A stretch of 64,000 nucleotides of DNA. It comes from Alphaproteobacteria bacterium. GTDB taxonomy: Bacteria > Pseudomonadota > Alphaproteobacteria > Bin95. A program made the translations under genes and the position numbers. This document shows, in pieces, positions 18,098 to 26,906 of this stretch; the stretch's first letter is position 1, and each line of letters opens with the position of its first letter. The stretch lies in assembly GCA_965205265.1 (NCBI GenBank), contig CBDBGH010000003.1, positions 3,392,001 to 3,456,000 of the forward strand. The letters are read 5' to 3'. A model generated the notes under the pieces. The model saw only the letters and a list, made by a program, of their open reading frames with translations, was not told where the DNA came from and searched no databases.

Positions 18098-20537
18098 GTA
18101 TCCGGGGCGCGCGCGCCCCGGCCTCATTGAAGCTCACATACTCGCGCTATGCCGTAAACTTGCGCATGGGTATCCGGGGCGCGCGCGCCCCGGCCTCATT
18201 GAAGCCCGTACATATCCCACGACCACCACTGGTTTTTGCCACGTATCCGGGGCGCGCGCGCCCCGGCCTCATTGAAGCATGGTGGGTCGCGCCCATTGCC
18301 GGAACAGCGCTGTAGGTAGTATCCGGGGCGCGCGCGCCCCGGCCTCATTGAAGCCGTTCCCTTTTCTGTTTAGCCTACCATCATCAGGCAGTATCCGGGG
18401 CGCGCGCGCCCCGGCCTCATTGAAGCCGGGAACTTGAAGTCGGTGCGGCGGAAAGTTTTTCCTTGTATCCGGGGCGCGCGCGCCCCGGCCTCATTGAAGC
18501 GTAGTAGTAGTAGCAGTTCATTGACTTTCCTCCTTGTATCCGGGGCGCGCGCGCCCCGGCCTCATTGAAGCAGCCTTCAGCCCACGCTTCGCAAACTTCA
18601 TAGGCGTGTATCCGGGGCGCGCGCGCCCCGGCCTCATTGAAGCTCGCCACCAGTCATCGGCTTCCGGCCCCGGCGCACAGTATCCGGGGCGCGCGCGCCC
18701 CGGCCTCATTGAAGCCCTTCCGGGTCGAGAATAGCTGCGTTTTCACAGTGCAGGTATCCGGGGCGCGCGCGCCCCGGCCTCATTGAAGCCAAAGCCAAGG
18801 CGGCTTGCTCAAAGCATGTCTTGCGCGTATCCGGGGCGCGCGCGCCCCGGCCTCATTGAAGCTTTCGAGGTCACGGTGTGGGCGCCGAAACTCACCACGT
18901 ATCCGGGGCGCGCGCGCCCCGGCCTCATTGAAGCGGGATCAGCCGCGCGTCCGAGTCCTTCCCGGGAGCGGTATCCGGGGCGCGCGCGCCCCGGCCTCAT
19001 TGAAGCGCCACCTTCCGGGGCCGCAACGAGCAGTTCCTCCGCGGTATCCGGGGCGCGCGCGCCCCGGCCTCATTGAAGCCCTTGTACCACTTCATCCTGC
19101 GATCTCCTGCACCTCGTCGTATCCGGGGCGCGCGCGCCCCGGCCTCATTGAAGCTTGTCGAGCTGGCTCTTGGCCTCGGCGTTCTCGGCGCGTATCCGGG
19201 GCGCGCGCGCCCCGGCCTCATTGAAGCCGAAATGCGAGGAGTCTGCTCCGGTTCCCTCCGCACCGTATCCGGGGCGCGCGCGCCCCGGCCTCATTGAAGC
19301 TGTCAGATGGATGTCTACCGGCGCCCCGAGCTTTGAGCGGTATCCGGGGCGCGCGCGCCCCGGCCTCATTGAAGCCCCCGTTGTGGGGATAACTGCCAAT
19401 GTAAGCCAATGAGTATCCGGGGCGCGCGCGCCCCGGCCTCATTGAAGCGACCTCCGCAATGGCCTCATCCAGGGTCGTCGCCTCGTATCCGGGGCGCGCG
19501 CGCCCCGGCCTCATTGAAGCGAAAGAACGATCGAGAAGCCAGCGTGTGGGGCCCAGGTATCCGGGGCGCGCGCGCCCCGGCCTCATTGAAGCGTGAGAGT
19601 CACGCTCCGTCCTGCCAGCTCGGTCAGGAGTATCCGGGGCGCGCGCGCCCCGGCCTCATTGAAGCGTGAGAGTCACGCTCCGTCCTGCCAGCTCGGTCAG
19701 GAGTATCCGGGGCGCGCGCGCCCCGGCCTCATTGAAGCATCTCCCGCACGCTCCGCAGCAACCGCGAGTACGACGCGTATCCGGGGCGCGCGCGCCCCGG
19801 CCTCATTGAAGCTGACGCAAGGGGCGCAGGTGACTCCGATCAATCAGAGTATCCGGGGCGCGCGCGCCCCGGCCTCATTGAAGCACGCCGATGTAGCCAT
19901 GCACCTCGTCAGTGTACGTCTCGGTATCCGGGGCGCGCGCGCCCCGGCCTCATTGAAGCCTTCGAAGTCACGGTGTACGCGCCGAAACTCACCACGGTAT
20001 CCGGGGCGCGCGCGCCCCGGCCTCATTGAAGCCGGCGTGTCCGCAACGCGGCCAATGAGGCCGCATCAACAATATCCGGGGCGCGCGCGCCCCGGCCTCA
20101 TTGAAGCGGCGCCTTTTACGAGTCGCTCTACCTCGGTCCGACGTATCCGGGGCGCGCGCGCCCCGGCCTCATTGAAGCGGCGCCTTTTACGAGTCGCTCT
20201 ACCTCGGTCCGACGTATCCGGGGCGCGCGCGCCCCGGCCTCATTGAAGCGGCGCCTTTTACGAGTCGCTCTACCTCGGTCCGACGTATCCGGGGCGCGCG
20301 CGCCCCGGCCTCATTGAAGCCCGTATCCGGCGCCGTCGCCGTATCCGTATCCGTCGCCGTATCCGGGGCGCGCGGCCCGGCCTCATTGAAGCGTGTTTGT
20401 CATTTCATTCATCCGTTGGTGATCCGGCGGTATCCGGGGCGCGCGCGCCCCGGCCTCATTGAAGCGTGCGCAGCGCCGACACCCCCGCCCCCATCGGCAT
20501 GGTATCCGGGGCTCGCGCGCCCCGGCCTCATTGAAGC
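18098..20537 (+). CRISPR. CRISPR array, 34 repeats and 33 spacers; 36-bp repeat GTATCCGGGGCGCGCGCGCCCCGGCCTCATTGAAGC
   Basis: Counted directly; spacers about 35-40 bp; variant repeats at 20072, 20359 and 20502 at the leader-distal end; repeat has a CCGGGGCG/CGCCCCGG hairpin and an ATTGAAGC handle. Confidence 0.99.
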
Positions 20538-20579
20538 CCAGGATTTCGGCGAAAAGTTCGGAGCAGAAGGAGGCGGATC

Positions 20580-21747
20580 TAGTGTCCTGATCGATAAGTT
20601 TGTTGTACTATGGTCGTGTGTTTCATTGGAGGTCTGACCGGTGGGCAGAGCGGCTGTGGCGATTGTCTTGTCGGAAGCGGAACGACGTGAGTTGGAGGGG
20701 CTGGCGCGGCGCCGGAAGACGGCGCAGGGGCTGGCGCGGCGGGCCCGGATCGTTCTGGCGGCGGCCGAGGGGCTTGAGAACAAGGCGATCGTCGGGCGTC
20801 TGGGGGCGGACGCGAATACGGTCGGCAAGTGGCGCCGTCGCTTTGCCGAGCGCGGGCTCGACGGGCTCCTAGACGAGCCCCGCCCCGGAGCGCCGCGCAA
20901 GATCGGCGACGAGCAGATTGCCGAGGTGATCGCCCGCACCCTGGAAGAGACGCCGCCCGACGCGACGCACTGGAGCCTGCGCTCGATGGCCCGCGCGGTG
21001 GGCTATGCGCCGTCCACGATCCACCGTATCTGGCAAGCCTTCGGCCTGCAGCCGCACCGCTCGGAGACCTTCAAGCTGTCATCGGACCCGCTGTTCGTGG
21101 AGAAGGTCCGCGACATCGTGGGCCTCTATCTCGACCCGCCCGAGCGCGCGCTGGTGTTGTGCGTCGACGAGAAGAGCCAGATCCAGGCGCTGGATCGTTC
21201 CCAGCCGCTGCTGCCCATGCGGCCCGGCCAGGTCGAGCGGCGCAGCCATGACTATATGCGTCACGGCACCACGACGCTGTTCGCGGCGCTCGACATCGCC
21301 ACCGGCGAGATCGTCGGACAGTGTTTTGCGCGCCACCGCAGCCGCGAGTTCCTCAAGTTCCTGCGCACTCTCGAAGCCCGGCTTCCCGACGACCTCGACG
21401 TCCATCTGGTGATGGACAACTACGCAACCCACAAGACGGCGGCTGGCCGGCCATCCGCGCTGGCATGTCCACTTCACGCCGACCGGCGCCTCCTGGCTCA
21501 ACCAGGTCGAGCGCTTCTTCGCGCTCTTGACCGAAAAACAGCTCCGGCGCGGGGTCCATCGCTCGACCCAGGAACTCGAACAGGCCATTCGGCGCTACAT
21601 CGACACCGCCAACGCCAACCCCCGACCCTTCCGATGGACCAAGTCCGCAGACGATATCCTGGCAACCATCAAGCGCTTCTGTCTGCGAACGCTCGATACC
21701 GCCGAACGCCAAAGGGAAATCATCAAAACTTCAGAATCATGACACTA
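20580..21747 (+). mobile_element. IS630-family element
   Basis: Imperfect IRs TAGTGTCCTGAT... and ...ATCATGACACTA; CTAG at both ends (TA target). Confidence 0.88.
20641..21742 (+). pseudogene. IS630 transposase frameshifted near 21440
   Basis: [11 protein letters not shown] and MDNYATHK in one frame; [23 protein letters not shown] continues in another frame, consistent with a short deletion. Confidence 0.85.
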
Positions 21748-21783
21748 GGATGTTTGGCCTATGGACAACCGTGATGTTGCTGC

Positions 21784-23433
21784 TCAATCGTCGGGTTTGA
21801 AGAGGCCGAGACCGAAGTGGCTGCCGAACCCGATGGCGAGCGGCCCGGCGATCTGTCCCGGCAAGGCAATGCGCAGGAGGGCACCAGCCGCGTCGGGCTG
21901 CTTCTCGCCTCCCCGCGAACGAAATCGGTGAAAATGGAGGGCGCGCCGATTACTTCCGCCGACCGCGATGCTTCCCAGTTTTTCGATCTCCGCTCCATCC
22001 GCATCCAGGCCGCGGCGCTGGAGCAGGCGACGAACCTCCCCCGGATAACCGGCTTTCTTCAGGTGCCCAGCGGCCAGAAACGGGGTGACACTTCGCCACC
22101 GCGCCGCCTTGCCGAAGATCTGGGCGCTCCCGGCAAAGTCAGCGGAACGACCGAATCCCTCGAGTGCAAGCCGCCATTCCTGGGTCGTTGGAGGTTCGGG
22201 GTCGTCGCCGGCCGGCCGCTGCTTCGGCGCAAGCCAGAGGCGGGTAATCCGATCAAGACGAACGCGGACATTGTCGTCGATGCCACTCTCGACATAGACC
22301 GAGATGTGGTCGATCCAACCGTCCGAGTCCGCATCTTCCGGCAGCCAGAACGCGTGGGGATGTGCGGGGTCCACCAAAGGTCGGCCGTCGGCGTCGCGCC
22401 CGGAGATTTGCCATGGAGCACAAGGAATCGAGCGGCCCGTCGCCTCGTCCTTCCTCCAGCCGAACTGCGCGAGTGCGGCGCGGCGCATGAGTTCCCCGAT
22501 CCTGACCGCATCTTCGATGCGGGGAAGGGGCCGTCCGGCGACCAGAAAGCGGGCGATGGTCGGCCTGTCTCGGCTCAGGACGGGGTGGCGACGCCGGGCG
22601 AGGGGGCGGGGCAATACGCCGGGGGTTGCATCGGTGCCACACATATAGACGATTTCGTGCGCGGCCGGCGGACGGCTCCAGCCCCGATCCTGATAGTCCG
22701 CGGTATCGAGTGCCAGCGCATCCACGAGCCGCTCCGGCAGCGTGTCTGCGCCGGTCGCCCTGCTCCGAAATGCCGTGACTGCTTGGCCGCGGTGGGCGTT
22801 CGATTCTCGCTGCTGCGACACAGCGCCGGGTGATTCCCGACCGGCATTCGCGATCAGGCGCTGCCGTTCGGCCGCATAGGCCGCGGGCGAGCGCGACGCG
22901 AGCAGGCGCACCGGAGTCTCGGCACTCCCGGCTCCTGCGGGCCGACAGTTCGCCTCGCCGTTCCAGTCGTCCACGGCCCGGCATTCCGTCCAGCTCTCCG
23001 CGCGGCCGAGCCAGCCGATCGACTCGGCGAGGTCGGCCGCCAGCCCGAACAGGTTTCCGTTCAGGGTCAGCTCGGGCCAGGCGGCGACGATCTCCGCCCC
23101 TTTCGGCAGGTGGATGAACCCGTCGAAGATGAGCGCCGTCTTCTCTCTCCCCTTGTCCAGCTTCCCCTGCGGCATGTAGTGGCGGGTGTGGGCGTGGATC
23201 GCACCCTCGGGCAGATGGTAGACGGGCGGCGCCTCGGCCAGCGCGTCGATGAGGGCGGCGAGATCGTCCTCCGGCCAGCGCGCGCGGTCGCCCTTGCGCC
23301 ACCACGCGGCGACGATCGCGCGCAACAGCCGCCAGGGCTCCGGCGGCCATGCGACGTCCGCCTCGTTGACGTTGCGGCCCCACGGCGTCGCGTGGTAGCG
23401 ACCGGCGGGGAAGCCGAAGGTCAGGGCGAACAT
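21784..23433 (-). CDS. csb2: Type I-G Csb2 (Cas5/Cas6 fusion)
   Basis: GRYHATPWG, WPPEPWRLLRA, HTRHYMP, WLGRAES, WRSVTPF, GFGSHFGLGLF. Confidence 0.93.
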   Translation of the reverse strand: MFALTFGFPAGRYHATPWGRNVNEADVAWPPEPWRLLRAIVAAWWRKGDRARWPEDDLAALIDALAEAPPVYHLPEGAIHAHTRHYMPQGKLDKGREKTALIFDGFIHLPKGAEIVAAWPELTLNGNLFGLAADLAESIGWLGRAESWTECRAVDDWNGEANCRPAGAGSAETPVRLLASRSPAAYAAERQRLIANAGRESPGAVSQQRESNAHRGQAVTAFRSRATGADTLPERLVDALALDTADYQDRGWSRPPAAHEIVYMCGTDATPGVLPRPLARRRHPVLSRDRPTIARFLVAGRPLPRIEDAVRIGELMRRAALAQFGWRKDEATGRSIPCAPWQISGRDADGRPLVDPAHPHAFWLPEDADSDGWIDHISVYVESGIDDNVRVRLDRITRLWLAPKQRPAGDDPEPPTTQEWRLALEGFGRSADFAGSAQIFGKAARWRSVTPFLAAGHLKKAGYPGEVRRLLQRRGLDADGAEIEKLGSIAVGGSNRRALHFHRFRSRGGEKQPDAAGALLRIALPGQIAGPLAIGFGSHFGLGLFKPDD

Positions 23434-23437
23434 CCGT

Positions 23438-24379
23438 CTACTTCCGCCAGGTGACGGTCAGCACGCGGCTGTCTCTGTCTCCGAAGAGTCCCTGTGCTCC
23501 GACGGCATCGATCAGGGCGGGAAGCTCGGCCTCCAGGTCGGCAAGGTCGGGGAGGTCGAAGCGGTCGGGACGCGTGACCACGATTTCGTGAACATCGAGG
23601 TCGCAGGCGGTGCGCAGGCGCAGCCCCTCGACCAGGAAGCGCCGAATCTTGAAGAGGGCCATCGCGATGAGCAGCCGTTCGACCGCATCACCCAGACCGA
23701 ACGCCCGGATCTGCCGCAGGTCGAGGTTGAAGAAGGCCGTGATCCGCTCGGCCACCCACTCGTCCCGTGCAAAGAGGACGTTGCCCTCGCCTTGCTTCAA
23801 CTTGGGGTCAAGTCGATTAAACTTTACACCGACGCTCGCCGCCACCTTCGCATTCGAGGCTTCGATGAAGGCGGACAGCACTCGGGGCAACCGAATCACG
23901 CCGGCTATCTCTTCCAGAAATACCCCATGAACAAGGGAGTTAACATCGTATTTGAGTAATGCTGGCACCAGTTGTCCATGAATATTGAATGGTCGATTCG
24001 CCTCGAAACCGATTTCATTCCTGATTCGTTCAAACCCCTCGGCTCGCGCGATGTATTCCGAGTTAATGCGGTGCGCTTCGAGTACCGAATTAGTAATGCG
24101 CTCTCCTTTGGCGTTGACGACGCGAACGTATGGCAGTCCCTTCAATGGAATAACCCAGTCGTCAGCGTTCTCGTCCCAGCACACCGCCTCCAGGCGGTTC
24201 GCCATGGACTGGGCGCTCTCGACGAGCACGATCCGGCCCTGCCCGTCCGGTGATTCGTAGACGGCGTGGCCGAGATTGGGGAACCCCGTCGGCTGGAATC
24301 GGCTGCCCTGGACGGGGGTCAGTGTCGCTTCGACGAGCAGGCGCGGCGCGCCGTCGAGCGGGGTCAGATCAAGCGGCAT
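23438..24379 (-). CDS. cas7: Type I-G Cas7 (Csb1)
   Basis: RFQPTGFP, VESAQSMANRLE, EAHR, DVNSLVHGVF, LRLRTACDL. Confidence 0.93.
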   Translation of the reverse strand: MPLDLTPLDGAPRLLVEATLTPVQGSRFQPTGFPNLGHAVYESPDGQGRIVLVESAQSMANRLEAVCWDENADDWVIPLKGLPYVRVVNAKGERITNSVLEAHRINSEYIARAEGFERIRNEIGFEANRPFNIHGQLVPALLKYDVNSLVHGVFLEEIAGVIRLPRVLSAFIEASNAKVAASVGVKFNRLDPKLKQGEGNVLFARDEWVAERITAFFNLDLRQIRAFGLGDAVERLLIAMALFKIRRFLVEGLRLRTACDLDVHEIVVTRPDRFDLPDLADLEAELPALIDAVGAQGLFGDRDSRVLTVTWRK

Positions 24380-26906
24380 CGGTCGTTTTCTCCGTTGGAA
24401 AGCCGTCGTCGGGCAACGCATCGGGCCAGACGCGAGCGAGCAGCGCCTTCAGGTCACGGTCTCCGATCGGGATCAGAAGCGAGGCAGCCAGCCGGTCGGC
24501 CCGGACGCCGACGCCGATCCGACTGGCTGCGTGGCCGTGCGAGCCCGCCGGATCGAAAGGGGAGGCGAGGCCCGACGCACGAGCGCGGACCAAGGCGGTG
24601 CGGACCGCTTCGTCGGTCGCTCGCCCGTCCCGGCTGCCGCCGCCGGCGCGCAGGCGAGCCAGCAACCCGGGCGGCAGCGGCAGGCGGGCCTCGCCGTCGA
24701 GCGCCCCGGCGCACCGAAGGGCCGCATCGGTGGAGAACAGCGGCTTCAGAGCGGCATATGCGAGAGGTGGCCGCCTTGCGGGCGCACCGCCGCCATGTAT
24801 CCGGCTCCCCAACCGCGCCGGGGCCGCCCATACCAGGCCGGCAAGCAACGCGGCGCATCTTGCGTCGTCGAAATCACCTTCGATGAACGCGGCGACGTCT
24901 GCGGCCCCTGCGAAGGCGGCGCCCGCGAGCGGCTTGTCCAGCAGCTTGCGTATCGCCGCCTCGACCATCCGCCGCTCCAGAACCGCGATCATGTTCGAGA
25001 CGAGGCGTCCGGCCCCCCAGACGACGGTGGGTGGAGGGTCGGCAGAGTGCCATGTCCGGCGTTCGCGGAGGTTCGTCCTGTTGAAGAATCGTTCTCCGTC
25101 GATCGCGACCGGGGCGAAATGGGCCGCCATCGGCAGCGCGGATACGGCTGGAGATCGGGAAGCCTCTCCCGGTGTCTTCATCATGCGATGTGGATGCCCC
25201 GGGTCCGTTGCAGGGCGAGCGTCCGCCGAGGCGGCGTCCGCCGATGCAGGTGCGGGCTGGCCGGAAGGCGCCAGTGGAGGAAGTCCGAGGCTGGCGAGGG
25301 CGGCCGCGACCCGGAATTCAGGTGTGCCGTCGTCCGCCTGCCGAATCCAGTCCCGCGACAACCTCGGCGGAGGATTCAGCTTTTCGCGGGCTTTTCGATT
25401 CGTGGCCAGCCACTCGACGAAGCCGCCGATAGCCAACAGTGCGTTGCGGGACCCTTCGGGCGCCCGGGCCGCATCCGTCATCTGGAACAGCGCATCCTCC
25501 AGTCGGCGCATTGCCTGCCGGGCGCGACTCGGGGCTGCCCTCCGGTTACCGGTCAGCCGCTGCGCCTGCCCGAGCCAGTTACCGGCTTCCAGATCGACGA
25601 TCAGGTCTCGGCGTGGATGGGCGGGCGTGGCAATTCGACCGAGAGGAGTCGCCTGATACGGCATAATCCTGTTGCTGTCGGGCTGAATGAGGGAATAGCG
25701 CTCGAAGCTGCTGATTCCCCGAGCGAGCCCAATCTGTGCGACGGCGCGGGCGGCATCAAGGCCGGTACGCGCGGTGCGGTCTCCCAGGGTGAGCCTGCCT
25801 TCCGAGAAGATGGCCATGATCTCGATGAACGCGGCGGGTTTCTTCCACAGTGGCGCCCAGATTTCACCGCGAGGACGCAACGGGTCTTCAGGGGAGAAGT
25901 TCCCGGCGGCGGCCCCGATGGGTTCGAAGGTGAACGGGAAGGAGGCTCGGCTGCCGCCCGCCGCCGCCCAGCTTCGGGTCAGGGCGCCGGCGAATGCAAT
26001 GGTTCCCTCCATCGCCAGCACGACATCCCACGGGTTCAGAGGATTCTTGCCTTCGAATCCGGTCGTTGCATTGCGGCCACCTTGGCCGGGACGGAACTGG
26101 CCTATCGTTGCGCGGTTATCAAGGCGGCCTCCGCCGAAGAGTGCGCCATCGAGCGACGATTTTCCGAATACCGTCGCGATGCCGTCGTCGTCGTCCACCT
26201 TGAACAGCCGGGCCAGTCCGTCCGCGAAGTTGACACCGAACTCGCGGCGGCTGTCGATCCCTCCAGACCCGAGCAAGGGCATCGGAGTTTCCTCGGTCGA
26301 GAGAACATAGCAGGCATCGACATACGAGACATGCTCCGGCTCCGTTGTCGATCGCAGAGACAGAAGCAGCATCCGCTTGGACTGCTTCTCCTTCTTCTTC
26401 GCCGCCTTCCTTTTCTCCTCCCGGGATTTTCTCTCCTCTCCCTGCAATGTCTTTATCTCTTTCTCGAGAGCCTTCCTCCTTGTACGAAGGTGGTTTTGCC
26501 TGACAAGCTCATCATTCCCGCGCGAACGTTCGATAGTCCGCCGCGTGTTCGCGAAACGAGGGGCCGGGCTTGCTCCAAACCTGCGCATGAGGTCGGCGCC
26601 GGCGCGCGTCGAGTCTTTCTGCCCGTCTCCTTCGAGGAATCCGGCGCTGCCATTCCACGGGGCGATGATCGGGCTCGGTGCGTAGTCCTCCAGAAAGAAG
26701 CGGAATACCTCTTCGCGAGCGAGCGCGGTCCTCAGATGAAAGCGCTCGTTCTCCCACCAGCCCCGCACGCGCGGGTCGGCGGCCTCGCCGCTGACGTTGT
26801 TGGCCGGCGACGAGAGCAGGCGCAGGACGCCGAGCGCCTTCAGGTAGGACGCCAGTGGCGTGGGGGCGCATCCGTCGAGCGCGATCGGCTCAGGCGTCGT
26901 CATCAC
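24369..26906 (-). CDS. csx17: Type I-G large subunit Cas8g (Csx17)
   Basis: PLASYLKALGVLRL, YAPSPIIAPWNG, LLGSGG, NPWDVVLAMEG, GEIWAPLW. Confidence 0.9.
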   Translation of the reverse strand: MMTTPEPIALDGCAPTPLASYLKALGVLRLLSSPANNVSGEAADPRVRGWWENERFHLRTALAREEVFRFFLEDYAPSPIIAPWNGSAGFLEGDGQKDSTRAGADLMRRFGASPAPRFANTRRTIERSRGNDELVRQNHLRTRRKALEKEIKTLQGEERKSREEKRKAAKKKEKQSKRMLLLSLRSTTEPEHVSYVDACYVLSTEETPMPLLGSGGIDSRREFGVNFADGLARLFKVDDDDGIATVFGKSSLDGALFGGGRLDNRATIGQFRPGQGGRNATTGFEGKNPLNPWDVVLAMEGTIAFAGALTRSWAAAGGSRASFPFTFEPIGAAAGNFSPEDPLRPRGEIWAPLWKKPAAFIEIMAIFSEGRLTLGDRTARTGLDAARAVAQIGLARGISSFERYSLIQPDSNRIMPYQATPLGRIATPAHPRRDLIVDLEAGNWLGQAQRLTGNRRAAPSRARQAMRRLEDALFQMTDAARAPEGSRNALLAIGGFVEWLATNRKAREKLNPPPRLSRDWIRQADDGTPEFRVAAALASLGLPPLAPSGQPAPASADAASADARPATDPGHPHRMMKTPGEASRSPAVSALPMAAHFAPVAIDGERFFNRTNLRERRTWHSADPPPTVVWGAGRLVSNMIAVLERRMVEAAIRKLLDKPLAGAAFAGAADVAAFIEGDFDDARCAALLAGLVWAAPARLGSRIHGGGAPARRPPLAYAALKPLFSTDAALRCAGALDGEARLPLPPGLLARLRAGGGSRDGRATDEAVRTALVRARASGLASPFDPAGSHGHAASRIGVGVRADRLAASLLIPIGDRDLKALLARVWPDALPDDGFPTEKTTDAA

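Noticed and set aside
18134-20501. Self-targeting spacers within the window
   Set aside because: None spotted by eye; a proper alignment is needed to exclude them.
18127-20637. Many short ORFs with YPGRARPGLIEA or MRPGRARPGY repeats
   Set aside because: These are translations of the CRISPR repeats.
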